Assembly: GCA_963662645.2 (NCBI GenBank) | Contig: OY759762.1 | Location: forward strand, 1,933,160 to 1,997,159 | From: Acidimicrobiales bacterium | GTDB lineage: Bacteria > Actinomycetota > Acidimicrobiia > Acidimicrobiales > Aldehydirespiratoraceae | Reading direction: 5' to 3' | DNA length: 64,000 nucleotides | Part shown: piece after piece, positions 9,331 to 17,774 of the stretch | How the letters are laid out: every line of letters starts with the position of its first letter | Numbering within the stretch: the stretch's first letter is position 1 | Translations under genes and position numbers: made by a program | The notes under the pieces: model-generated | What the model was told of the DNA's origin: nothing | The model's input: only the letters and a program-made list of their open reading frames with translations | Database searches by the model: none

Positions 9331-10192
9331 TGGTCTTGGGAAGGGTCTGGGGGCTCTGATTCCAACCGATCCGGATCCGGAGGAGTCGGTCTTTCGGGAG
9401 ATCGACATCAGCCATATCGTCCCGAATCCCTATCAGCCGAGGGAACATTTCAACGAGGAAACGCTTGCTTCCTTGGCTGCTTCCATAGCTGAAGTGGGAG
9501 TCGTTCAACCCGTCATAGTGCGTAAAGCAATAGAAGGATATGAAATAGTCGCAGGAGAGCGCCGTTGGCGGGCCGCACAGCGAGCCGGTCTGAGAAATGT
9601 TCCTGCGCTCGTGCGCGATACCGACGACAAGGGAGCGCTGGAGGCTGCTGTCGTCGAGAACGTCCACCGCCAGGATCTCAATGCTCTTGAAGAAGCGGCC
9701 GCCTACCGCCAGTTGATGGATGACTTCGGTTTGACCCAGGAAGATGTTGCCGCTCGGGTCGGCCGCTCACGCTCCGCGGTAGCGAACACCGTGAGGCTCC
9801 TGAACCTGGTTCCCGCAGTTCAGCGCTTCGTTGTCGAGGGCCATCTCTCAGCCGGGCACGGTCGAGCGCTGCTGACTCTTGAGGACGAGACAACTCAGCA
9901 GGCCCTGGCCGAGGAGATTGTTCGAGAAGGTTTGACGGTGCGGGAAGCGGAGCGCCGTGCCGCCGAGCTTCATGCGGCGTCAGGGGAGGACTCAGCCGCC
10001 GATTCCAGCGATGCTGGGGAACCAACCGCCGATGAGGTCAAGGCCGGCATTCTGGAGCTTGAGGATCTTCTCTCAACCAGACTTGATACGCGTGTCTTGG
10101 TGAAGCTGGGCAGGGGCAGGGGCAGGGGCAAGATCATGATCCAGTTCAGCGGACTTGCCGACCTGGAGCGGATCTATCACCTCATTATGTAA
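9317..10192 (+). CDS. parB: Chromosome partitioning protein ParB/Spo0J
   Basis: GLGKGLGALIP N-terminus, ParB box IVAGERRWRAAQ, and HTH region. GTG at 9317 follows AAGGAGG (9304-9310) and overlaps the parA stop. The longer tracked ORF from 9152 lies inside parA. Confidence 0.92.
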   Translation: MVRRSGLGKGLGALIPTDPDPEESVFREIDISHIVPNPYQPREHFNEETLASLAASIAEVGVVQPVIVRKAIEGYEIVAGERRWRAAQRAGLRNVPALVRDTDDKGALEAAVVENVHRQDLNALEEAAAYRQLMDDFGLTQEDVAARVGRSRSAVANTVRLLNLVPAVQRFVVEGHLSAGHGRALLTLEDETTQQALAEEIVREGLTVREAERRAAELHAASGEDSAADSSDAGEPTADEVKAGILELEDLLSTRLDTRVLVKLGRGRGRGKIMIQFSGLADLERIYHLIM

Positions 10193-10193
10193 T

Positions 10194-10207
10194 CGATTAT
10201 ATAATCG
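10194..10207. repeat. Perfect 14-bp AT-rich palindrome CGATTATATAATCG in the parB / cwlM-like convergent gap
   Basis: Read directly. It is embedded in a ~65-nt stretch (10186-10250) of about 30% GC. Confidence 0.8.
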
Positions 10208-10240
10208 AGGTCCTCCAGTAGATCTTATTTTCACTGTATT

Positions 10241-11206
10241 TCATTGTAAACCTGGATCAACGCACCAGTCGGTTATCGCATCTGTGAGAACTCGCGCGAT
10301 GTGGGGGGCCCGGGGCACCACGACGTCCCCGGGTCCGATCCGGCACCACACGGCTGGCATCTTGGTCTCTCGGAGAATGGACAGTCGCATCGCCCTTGTT
10401 GGCGCGGGCTCGGCGAGCAAGGGTCCGAGCGCGGTCGAGCAACGCCGGGCCAGGGCTCGGCCTCCGACCGACTCGAATCCGCTCATGGAGAAGTACGAGA
10501 CACCGAAATTGTCGGCCGCCAGCGTTACTCCCAGATATATCTCGCCGTTCCACTGGTTCGAAGTTCGAGCCTGGTGATTGAGGTCGGGTGTGCTGAACGA
10601 CAGGACCTCGGCCCCGAGTTGGCGCAATCGGCGAGCAACGGCCTGAGCGATCACCGGGAGGTCGCCCGCGTCGCCCACCACGATCCGCCTGTCTTCCACC
10701 CGGTTCGGCTGGCGGCGGAGCCGTTCGTGCTCACGCACTTCAGCAATCGTCACTTGGCCGCTGGTTCGCCTTGAGAGCCTGTCCAGCGCGTCAATGGTGG
10801 AACGGCCGACCACGCCGTCGTCAGGAAGGCCCACATTCTGCTGGAACTGCTGGATCGCCTTGTGGGTCCGGGGACCGAGGATGCCGTCAACCCAGTGCGG
10901 GTCGAAACCGAGCTGGCCGAGCAGGCGCTGGAGCTCCGCCACGTCATCGCCCCTCATCATCGGGTCGCGGTAATAGAGGAGCCGGTCACCGAGGCGGTGG
11001 TCGGCCTCCACGAGGGCGTTCCAGGACTGTGGACCGCAGATCCCGTCGACCACCAGGCCGCGGTCGCTCTGAAAGCGGCGCAGCGAGGCCTCAGTCACGG
11101 TGCCGAACTCTTGTGAGTCTCCGTCGATGCTGTAACCGATCAGGGCCAGCCGACGCTGGAGGTCGCGAACGGCGTCACCCGCATGGCCGCGCCGCAGCGG
11201 CAACAC
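10241..11206 (-). CDS. CwlM-like protein: two peptidoglycan-binding (PG_binding_1) repeats plus a degenerate amidase_3-like domain
   Basis: Two copies of the G..V..LQ..L..LG...DG.FG..T motif. The C-terminal domain resembles amidase_3, but the expected metal-ligand positions appear substituted. Synteny next to trxA-trxB as in mycobacteria. Confidence 0.7.
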   Translation of the reverse strand: MLPLRRGHAGDAVRDLQRRLALIGYSIDGDSQEFGTVTEASLRRFQSDRGLVVDGICGPQSWNALVEADHRLGDRLLYYRDPMMRGDDVAELQRLLGQLGFDPHWVDGILGPRTHKAIQQFQQNVGLPDDGVVGRSTIDALDRLSRRTSGQVTIAEVREHERLRRQPNRVEDRRIVVGDAGDLPVIAQAVARRLRQLGAEVLSFSTPDLNHQARTSNQWNGEIYLGVTLAADNFGVSYFSMSGFESVGGRALARRCSTALGPLLAEPAPTRAMRLSILRETKMPAVWCRIGPGDVVVPRAPHIARVLTDAITDWCVDPGLQ

Positions 11207-11227
11207 GCTCAGCCTCTTGGGCCGCGA

Positions 11228-11578
11228 CTAGAGGTATTCCGCGAGGTCGTCCAGCAGAGCTGCCTTCGGTTTGGCTCCCACGACTCGCTTGGCGGGCTCT
11301 CCGCCGTCGAAGAGAATCATGGTCGGGATGCTCATGACTCCGAACCTGCGGGCGATGTCGGGCGCATCGTCCACGTTGAGCTTGGCCACCGTCAGCTTGC
11401 CTTCCTGCTCGGCGGCGATCTCCTCGAGAATGGGTGCGATCATCTTGCACGGGCCGCACCACTCGGCCCAGAAGTCCACGAGGATAGGTGTAGACGAGCT
11501 GTTGACCTCTTCGTCGAATGTCGTTGCGCTTAGGGTGATGGTTGGTCCAGACACGGTTCCCTCTTCCTTGTCCTGCAT
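11228..11578 (-). CDS. trxA: Thioredoxin
   Basis: WCGPC active site. 116 aa. Confidence 0.95.
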   Translation of the reverse strand: MQDKEEGTVSGPTITLSATTFDEEVNSSSTPILVDFWAEWCGPCKMIAPILEEIAAEQEGKLTVAKLNVDDAPDIARRFGVMSIPTMILFDGGEPAKRVVGAKPKAALLDDLAEYL

Positions 11579-11652
11579 CCTCGAATCATCGGCTGTCGTG
11601 CAGCTGTCCTGGCTGTGGCCACCCTACTTGCAGGTGCCGCCGCTCGGCGACG

Positions 11653-12690
11653 TCACGGATGAGACGACACGCGCGAGTGGAGGTCCTCGAGATACCTCTC
11701 GGCCTCGATCGCGGCCATGCATCCCGTTCCGGCGGCCGTTACAGCTTGACGGTAGTAGTCGTCCTGCACGTCTCCGCAGGCGAATACGCCCTCCACCGCT
11801 GTCTTGGTGGAGTCCGGTTCAGTGATGAGATAGCCGTTCTCCTTCATTTCCAGCTGGCCCTTGAAGATGTCCGTATTGGGCCGGTGCCCGATGGCGATGA
11901 AGCACCCGGTCACGTCCAGAACCGACGTCTCTCCGGACTTGGTGTCGCGGATCTGCAGGCCGGTGAGAGCGGACTCCCCGAGATACTCCTGCACCACGCT
12001 GTTCCACATGAAGTCGATTCGTTCGTTGTCGAAGGCGCGCTGTTGCATGATCTTGGATGCTCGGAGGGCGTCGCGGCGATGGATGATGGTGACTCGCGAC
12101 GCGAATCGGGTGAGGAAGATCGCCTCCTCCATCGCCGAGTCGCCCCCTCCGACCACCGCGATGTGCTGGTCGCGAAAGAAGAAGCCGTCGCAAGTTGCGC
12201 AGGTTGAGAGCCCATGCCCGACGAGTTCGATCTCTCGGTCAAGACCCAGCATGATCGACTGGGCGCCGGTCGACACGATCACAGTCGATGCTCTCAGAGT
12301 GGGGTCCTCAGAAGTGGCGTCGTCGACCCAGATGCCGTAGGGCTGCTCCGAGAGATCCACCCGAGAAGCCTTCGCCGTGTGAATCTGGGCGCCGAAACGG
12401 ACTGCCTGGTCGCGGAATCGCTGCATGAGTTCCGGTCCCATCACGCCGTCGGGAAACCCCGGGTAGTTCTCCACGTCGGTGGTGAGCATGAGCTGCCCGC
12501 CCGGCTGGTCGCTCGTCGAGCTCGGCTCGCCCTCCAGAACCACCGGATGAAGGTTGGCCCGGGCGGCGTAGATGGCCGCAGTGAGCCCAGCAGGGCCAGA
12601 TCCGATGATGGCCACCTCCACCTCGCGCCCGGCGCGGTCGTCAAGGCTCATCTCCTCCCACGCTCCTTTCACCGTTCGAATGTCGATCAT
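11653..12690 (-). CDS. trxB: Thioredoxin-disulfide reductase
   Basis: GSGPAGLTAAIYA FAD motif, CATCDG redox centre, GGGDSAMEEA NADPH motif. The true start may be the ATG at 12651. Confidence 0.95.
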   Translation of the reverse strand: MIDIRTVKGAWEEMSLDDRAGREVEVAIIGSGPAGLTAAIYAARANLHPVVLEGEPSSTSDQPGGQLMLTTDVENYPGFPDGVMGPELMQRFRDQAVRFGAQIHTAKASRVDLSEQPYGIWVDDATSEDPTLRASTVIVSTGAQSIMLGLDREIELVGHGLSTCATCDGFFFRDQHIAVVGGGDSAMEEAIFLTRFASRVTIIHRRDALRASKIMQQRAFDNERIDFMWNSVVQEYLGESALTGLQIRDTKSGETSVLDVTGCFIAIGHRPNTDIFKGQLEMKENGYLITEPDSTKTAVEGVFACGDVQDDYYRQAVTAAGTGCMAAIEAERYLEDLHSRVSSHP

Positions 12691-12706
12691 GGGGTGGCCG
12701 CGGTCG

Positions 12707-13138
12707 TCAGGCCACCGCCTCGATCACACCATAAAACACCACGCCCACAACGATGACAGCGTCGATGATCAACGCAGCGTAAATGGGCCTGGCCGATCCG
12801 ATCCGGGCTCGCCAAGCGCCAAGTCCGATTATCGAAACGAGCAACCCGATGAAGCCGTGGGCCGCCCACGTGGCCGAACCGACGCCTGCGCCTATCGGCA
12901 GGTAGGCGTCGGCCAAGCGCACCGCGACGATGGCAAGCAACACCACGGCCGCGATGGCAGCAACCGCAGCCACCAGGCAGTAGACGACAGCCCGGAGCAG
13001 GAACACGGCCCGGTCGGTGGTCTGCACCCGCACCGCATCGACGACCTCGACGATCTTGTCGGCGACGGTTGCCGGCCAGTCGTCGGACCCCAGGCTCAAC
13101 GCTGGCCGGTCACGATGGGCGGACTCGGCATCGGCCAT
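12707..13138 (-). CDS. Hypothetical membrane protein (about 3 TM helices)
   Basis: 143-aa ORF from ATG 13138 with hydrophobic segments. The upstream part of the tracked ORF (to 13438) overlaps the anti-sigma gene and the repeat element and is discarded. Confidence 0.5.
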   Translation of the reverse strand: MADAESAHRDRPALSLGSDDWPATVADKIVEVVDAVRVQTTDRAVFLLRAVVYCLVAAVAAIAAVVLLAIVAVRLADAYLPIGAGVGSATWAAHGFIGLLVSIIGLGAWRARIGSARPIYAALIIDAVIVVGVVFYGVIEAVA

Positions 13139-13150
13139 GGTCGTGCAGCC

Positions 13151-13223
13151 TAGAGGCCGAGCGGCTCGGGCCACGGCCTCGCCCGCATGGCGCGGATTCG
13201 CTCGCCTATTCGCTCGGCCTCTA
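13151..13223. repeat. 73-nt palindromic repeat element (REP/MITE-like) with perfect 13-nt terminal inverted repeats
   Basis: TAGAGGCCGAGCG (13151-13163) and CGCTCGGCCTCTA (13211-13223). The interior matches 5357-5415 in reverse orientation. Intergenic. Confidence 0.8.
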
Positions 13224-13233
13224 GGCGAGGGTT

Positions 13234-14316
13234 TCAGGAACCGCCGGAATCGGACTGTTCGTAGGTTCCGGTCTCGCAGTCGGGTGGCGTTGCGTAGATG
13301 ATGATGGCAGTGCCGTCGGCTCGGCGAGCGAGTTGGGCGTCGAAACGCAGGGGATCCTCGGCTATGACCCTGGCGACGAAGGGTTGCCCTGCTTCGATGC
13401 TCAACTCGAGTGCCGTCTCCTGCACTGCCGCGGCGCACATCCCGGAGTCAGCCATGACCCCGTCCTCCAGGGCGGCGGACCAGCGCGCCGCGATGTTGTC
13501 GAAGAGCGACTGGAGGCTTTCGAATGGGCCCAGATCCACGACTTGCTGAGCTGCATCGTCGAGGGCGCGCCGTTCGTCCTCGCCCTCCCGGCCGGCTTCG
13601 GCGGCTGCCGTCGGCGCGTCCGTACTCTCCTCCGTGAACGCTTCCATGGCCGACTCCGCTTCGGCTGCAGCGGCCTCAGCCGGGGCCATGGCGGCTTCAG
13701 CCGCGGCCATGGCGGCGTCAAGCTCGACAATTTCGGCCTCATCGACCGCATCGGCACCTGCGATGGCGGCCTCGCCCTCGGCCATAGGCTCCTCTTCCGC
13801 CATCTCGACGTAGGCAGCGGTGGTCGTCGCGGCCATGGCTTCTTCTGCGGCCATGGGCTCCTCTTCGACCATGGGTGCTGCTTCGGCCGCGGCCATGTCG
13901 GCGGCGGCCGTGCTCGCATCGTCCGTCGCTGCTGGAGCCTCGGCGGCCATTTCAGTGGACTCGTTGTTGCCCCTGCTGGCGATCAGGCCCGCACTGACGA
14001 TCGCCGCGAGAAGAATGGTCGCTGCGGCCGCCGTGAGCAGCGTTCGGTGGCGCCGGTGGATCGGAACGATTCTGGCTGCTTGTCGTTGGGGGCTCTCCGC
14101 GTCGGCCGCTGCCAGTGCAGCACCGATCATCTGGTCCCGCAACCCTGCGGGCATGGGTGCAACCGGCGCGGCCACCGCGTCGCGAACCGATCGCAGTTGC
14201 TCGACCCGAGCCAACCGCGCGTCGTCCTGCTCGACCTCGGCGATCTCCGCCGGGGTTGCCTCACCGTCGAGATAGGCCGAGACCAGTTCGTCTTCGCGGC
14301 GCTGTTCGTCACTCAT
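13234..14316 (-). CDS. Anti-sigma factor (single-pass membrane protein) with an Ala/Glu/Met-rich extracytoplasmic spacer
   Basis: N-terminal LVSAYLDGE..P motif typical of anti-sigma N-domains, and TM segment LLTAAAATILLAAIVSAGLIA. ATGA overlap with the upstream ECF sigma gene. Confidence 0.75.
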   Translation of the reverse strand: MSDEQRREDELVSAYLDGEATPAEIAEVEQDDARLARVEQLRSVRDAVAAPVAPMPAGLRDQMIGAALAAADAESPQRQAARIVPIHRRHRTLLTAAAATILLAAIVSAGLIASRGNNESTEMAAEAPAATDDASTAAADMAAAEAAPMVEEEPMAAEEAMAATTTAAYVEMAEEEPMAEGEAAIAGADAVDEAEIVELDAAMAAAEAAMAPAEAAAAEAESAMEAFTEESTDAPTAAAEAGREGEDERRALDDAAQQVVDLGPFESLQSLFDNIAARWSAALEDGVMADSGMCAAAVQETALELSIEAGQPFVARVIAEDPLRFDAQLARRADGTAIIIYATPPDCETGTYEQSDSGGS

Positions 14317-14996
14317 GGCTGCTTGCCTCGTCGTGTTCGACGTTCGGCAGCGACGCCATGGTTCCCGCCGTTGGCTGTCACCGCCTCCGCTAGCCGGGCT
14401 CGGCCTCTCGCGATCCGGGATCTCACCGTTCCTGGGGGGATTTGCAGGATCGATCCGATCTCTGCGTAGTCGCAGCCGGCCACGTCCCGAAGCACAACCG
14501 GTGCTCGGAACTCCTCGGGCAGCTGGGCCAGCGCAGCATCAAGGTCGAGCCGCGCCACCACCGCGTGCGAGTCGTCGGAAGCGGGGATGTCCGCGAAGCG
14601 GTCGCTTGCGTCAATCATCGTGGGCACCGGGCGGCGGCCACGTCGCCGCAGTTCGTCGAGCGCGGCGTTGGTTGCCACCCGATAGGCCCAGGTTGAGAAC
14701 TTGGCCCTCCCACCGAAGCGGGGCAGTCCCCTGACGATGGCAATGAGCGCTTCCTGGGTGGCGTCCTGTCCGTCGGCATCGTTGCCGGCCAGGCGCTGGC
14801 AGATGGCGTGAATCTGGTCGTGGTGGCGCCGCAGCAACTTCTCGAGTGCAGGCCGGTCTCCGGCCTGTGCGGCCCGGATGAGCTTGGCGTCGTCGAGGTC
14901 GCTGCGAATCGTCGGATCCCCGGCTGCTCGTATGTCCGCCCGACCTCGCCGGGCTCTTCTAAGCGGCAGGAACCTGGTAGGCCATCCCCAGCACAC
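14313..14996 (-). CDS. ECF-type RNA polymerase sigma factor (SigM-like by position)
   Basis: Region 2 (QEALIAIVRGLPRF...FSTWAYRVATNAALDELRRR) and region 4 (LPEEFRAPVVLRDVAGCDYAEIGSILQIPPGTVRSRIARGR). The stop is certain. The start is uncertain, and GTG 14996 is the only canonical candidate. The rest of the 495-aa tracked ORF is an artefact overlapping degV. Confidence 0.8.
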   Translation of the reverse strand: MCWGWPTRFLPLRRARRGRADIRAAGDPTIRSDLDDAKLIRAAQAGDRPALEKLLRRHHDQIHAICQRLAGNDADGQDATQEALIAIVRGLPRFGGRAKFSTWAYRVATNAALDELRRRGRRPVPTMIDASDRFADIPASDDSHAVVARLDLDAALAQLPEEFRAPVVLRDVAGCDYAEIGSILQIPPGTVRSRIARGRARLAEAVTANGGNHGVAAERRTRRGKQP

Positions 14997-15807
14997 CCTG
15001 GCCGGCGTGGGTTCCCACAATCGGCCCGACCTTGCACACCCGGATGTCGCCGGAGTGCACTTCGGCGAGCATCTCGCAGAAGTCGCCCACATCCGGCGCC
15101 TCGCCGTGCAGGACGGCGAGATGCTCCACCGGCCCAGCCTCCCGCACTGTGTCGCGCAGCCAACCGAGCGCCTTGCGACGGGTCCGCTGCTTGGCTGCCT
15201 CCTCCACCTCGCCGCTTGAAATGTCGACGATGGGCTTGATGGACAGCATCGAGCCGAGCAGAGCCCGGGCACCGCCGATGCGCCCGCCCTTGCGGAGGTT
15301 CTCCAGCGTGTCGAGAGTGCCGAACACGTGAGTTCGCTCCGAGGCGTCCGCCACGAAAGCCTCGATGGCGTCCGCGCTCGCACCGTCAGCGGCCATATGG
15401 GCCGCCTGCAAGACCAGTGTGCCCAGTCCGGCGGTGACCGACCGGCTGTCGAGGACCCGAATGTCGGCACTGTCGCCCGCCGCCCCGATAGTGCTGGCGG
15501 CCTGCACCGCGGATTGCATCGTGGCCGAGATGGCTGCAGACAGGTTGATGCACACCACAGCCTCGCAGCCGGCATCCAGGCATCGCCGGAAGGCCTGCTC
15601 GAAGCGTCCGGGTGGCGGAGCTGCGGTCTGCGGCAACTCTTCGGCCGAAGCCATCCGGCGGTAGAAGTCCTCGACCGTGATCTGTTCGCGGTCAACGAAC
15701 TCGTCGGTTCCGAAGCGGATGAACAGGGGAACGATCTCGATGCCGGTCCCGTCCAAGTCGTCGTCGTGCAGGTCGCAGGAGCTGTCGGTGACGATGCCAA
15801 CGGTCAT
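14959..15807 (-). CDS. DegV family fatty-acid-binding protein
   Basis: MTVGIVTDSSCDL N-terminus and overall DegV pattern (TAAPPPG.F, GTLDTLENLRKGGRIG). Confidence 0.88.
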   Translation of the reverse strand: MTVGIVTDSSCDLHDDDLDGTGIEIVPLFIRFGTDEFVDREQITVEDFYRRMASAEELPQTAAPPPGRFEQAFRRCLDAGCEAVVCINLSAAISATMQSAVQAASTIGAAGDSADIRVLDSRSVTAGLGTLVLQAAHMAADGASADAIEAFVADASERTHVFGTLDTLENLRKGGRIGGARALLGSMLSIKPIVDISSGEVEEAAKQRTRRKALGWLRDTVREAGPVEHLAVLHGEAPDVGDFCEMLAEVHSGDIRVCKVGPIVGTHAGQGVLGMAYQVPAA

Positions 15808-15935
15808 GTCAGATCCTCGTGTCGCTGGTTGTGGAGGGTAGGCGCCAACCCCGCTTCAGTTCTCGGCGGCGCTGGAGCCGGGTGAAGCGACGGTAGCACC
15901 GCCGGCGTCAGCTTGTGGTGCAGGGCGGCGAGCGG

Positions 15936-16658
15936 TCACGTCAGGTTGCGGTGCAGGATCGTGAGCGGAGCGGGCTCGATGCGGAAGCCGCATCGCTGGT
16001 ACAGAGAGATGGCTCTCTCGTTGTCAGGCGGCGTGTTGACCAGCACGGTCCGTGCTCCTCCCCGTTGCAGCCACGCCAGCGCGTCCGACACCAGCACAGT
16101 TCCCAGGCCTTGGCCTTGGCAGTGGACGGCCACCGCCAGCCGTTGCAGGTAACCCATCGACCCCGCCCGGCCCGTGATGCTGTAGGCCGTCACCTCCGGG
16201 CTCCGGATCACTCGCCATCGACTGGACGGAGTGGCGGTGCGGGCCTCGCGGAGCCCGTCGGCGTCGAGTCGCCAGAACGAGGAGAAGGCCCCGGCATCAA
16301 CCCGCAGGACACCGTCGGTGTCTCGGTGCCGGGCCCTGTCGGTGCGACGGCCGGGGTGCGGGAGCCGGGGGGAGGTTGCGAGATCCCGGCTCAGAGCAGT
16401 GAGTTCGGATCGAATGCTGAAACCGTCGGCGGCGAGTTGGTCGCGCACCAACGGGGCAACCGCCGCGGTCATGACGGCCTGATATCCGAGACGCTGCAGC
16501 CGATCACGCACCGCGGCCATCACCAGGGGTGCGAGAGTGGCCGCGGCGGTGACGGGGGCCAGATACGCGACGTCATGGCGGCCCTGCCAGGATCCGACGC
16601 GAAATCGCGCCGGGCCGATCCTCAGCGAGGTCACAGGCACGCGCTCAACGATATGCAT
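15936..16658 (-). CDS. GNAT family N-acetyltransferase
   Basis: Acetyl-CoA motif LAVAVHCQGQGLGTVLV and C-terminal NERAISLYQRCGF. Start set at ATG 16658 because the longer ORF (to 16778) would overlap the divergent deacetylase gene. Confidence 0.8.
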   Translation of the reverse strand: MHIVERVPVTSLRIGPARFRVGSWQGRHDVAYLAPVTAAATLAPLVMAAVRDRLQRLGYQAVMTAAVAPLVRDQLAADGFSIRSELTALSRDLATSPRLPHPGRRTDRARHRDTDGVLRVDAGAFSSFWRLDADGLREARTATPSSRWRVIRSPEVTAYSITGRAGSMGYLQRLAVAVHCQGQGLGTVLVSDALAWLQRGGARTVLVNTPPDNERAISLYQRCGFRIEPAPLTILHRNLT

Positions 16659-16724
16659 CCCCCGGATCGGCGCCCTCGTTCGCCCGGCCTCCTGGCCGAT
16701 CAGCCGCCAGGTACGATCCGAGCC

Positions 16725-17774
16725 GTGCTGGTGGTCACCGACGAGCGCTTCCTCGATCACGACACCGGATTCCGTCATCCCGAGAGGCCCGACCGGTTGA
16801 GGGCGGCCCTGGCCGGCGTGACCGCGATTGATGCCGAGCTTCTCGCGGGCAGCTGCGCGCCGAGGCGAGCGGACCGATCAGAGCTGGAACTGGTGCACAG
16901 CCCGGAGATGGTCGACCGGGTAGCCGTAATCGCGGAGCGCGGCGGCGGCCACTTGGATCCCGACACTCCCATGGGGGAGGCCAGCTTCGATGCGGCACTC
17001 CTCGCGGCCGGAGCGGTGCTGTCGGCTGTGGAGCAGCTCAGGCCCGAGATTTCGGCGCAGGACGGGATCGAGCATCGTGATGCCGGCCCGGCGAGCAGCG
17101 AAGCCGAGGCCTACTGCATCGTGCGGCCACCGGGGCACCACGCCACGCCGGAGGCATCGATGGGCTTCTGTCTGTTCAACTCGGTTGCCGTGGCCGCGGC
17201 GTCGCTGGCTGCGAGGGGCCAGCGGGTCGCTGTCGTTGATGTCGATGCCCATCACGGCAACGGCACCCAGGACGTGTTCTTTCGTCGTAACGACGTTCTC
17301 TATGCCTCGATTCACCAATATCCCCTCTATCCGGGCACGGGAGCGCTCGAAGAACGAGGTGCCGGGCCCGGGGAGGGCTTGACCATCAACGTGCCCCTGC
17401 CTCCGGGCGCCACCGGCGAGGTGGCTCGGGCTGCCCTGGACGAAGCGATCATTCCGGCGGTGGAGCGGTTCACCCCGGACTGGCTGTTGATATCGGCGGG
17501 TTACGACGGGCACCGGGCCGACCCTCTCACCGGGTTGTGCTATTCGTCGTCGGACTACGGCGACTTCGTCCGGCGGCTGATGCCGCTGGCGCCGAGGACG
17601 GTGGCGGTACTCGAGGGGGGCTACGACCTGGAGGCAACACGCGCCTCGTCATATGCGGTGGCCGGAGCATTGCTGGGCCTCGACTTGCGCCCCGAGCCTG
17701 CCAGCAGCGCCGGCCCGGGCATGGAGGTCGTGCGAGCCGCGGCCCGCCTCGCGGCTCGCGACGGCGCGCGGTGA
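16725..17774 (+). CDS. Histone deacetylase / acetoin-utilisation (AcuC-like) family deacetylase
   Basis: HPERP..L, RPPGHHA and DVDAHHGNGTQ motifs. Only the C-terminal 350 aa of the 619-aa tracked ORF are credible. GTG start at 16725. Confidence 0.88.
   Translation: MLVVTDERFLDHDTGFRHPERPDRLRAALAGVTAIDAELLAGSCAPRRADRSELELVHSPEMVDRVAVIAERGGGHLDPDTPMGEASFDAALLAAGAVLSAVEQLRPEISAQDGIEHRDAGPASSEAEAYCIVRPPGHHATPEASMGFCLFNSVAVAAASLAARGQRVAVVDVDAHHGNGTQDVFFRRNDVLYASIHQYPLYPGTGALEERGAGPGEGLTINVPLPPGATGEVARAALDEAIIPAVERFTPDWLLISAGYDGHRADPLTGLCYSSSDYGDFVRRLMPLAPRTVAVLEGGYDLEATRASSYAVAGALLGLDLRPEPASSAGPGMEVVRAAARLAARDGAR

Noticed and set aside
7775-10192. Lower GC (about 50-60% in sampled lines) of rsmG-parA-parB as a sign of horizontal transfer.
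   Set aside because: dnaA and other core genes nearby show similar local dips. The gene order is the canonical ancestral one. I could not compute windows rigorously.
14313-15800. 495-aa ORF read as one large sigma-factor-containing protein.
   Set aside because: Only the C-terminal ~227 aa look like an ECF sigma. The N-terminal part is an out-of-frame shadow of the clearly real degV gene on the same strand.
15915-17774. 619-aa ORF read as a single protein.
   Set aside because: The first ~270 codons are antisense to the GNAT gene and have shadow-frame composition. The HDAC-family homology starts at about 16725.
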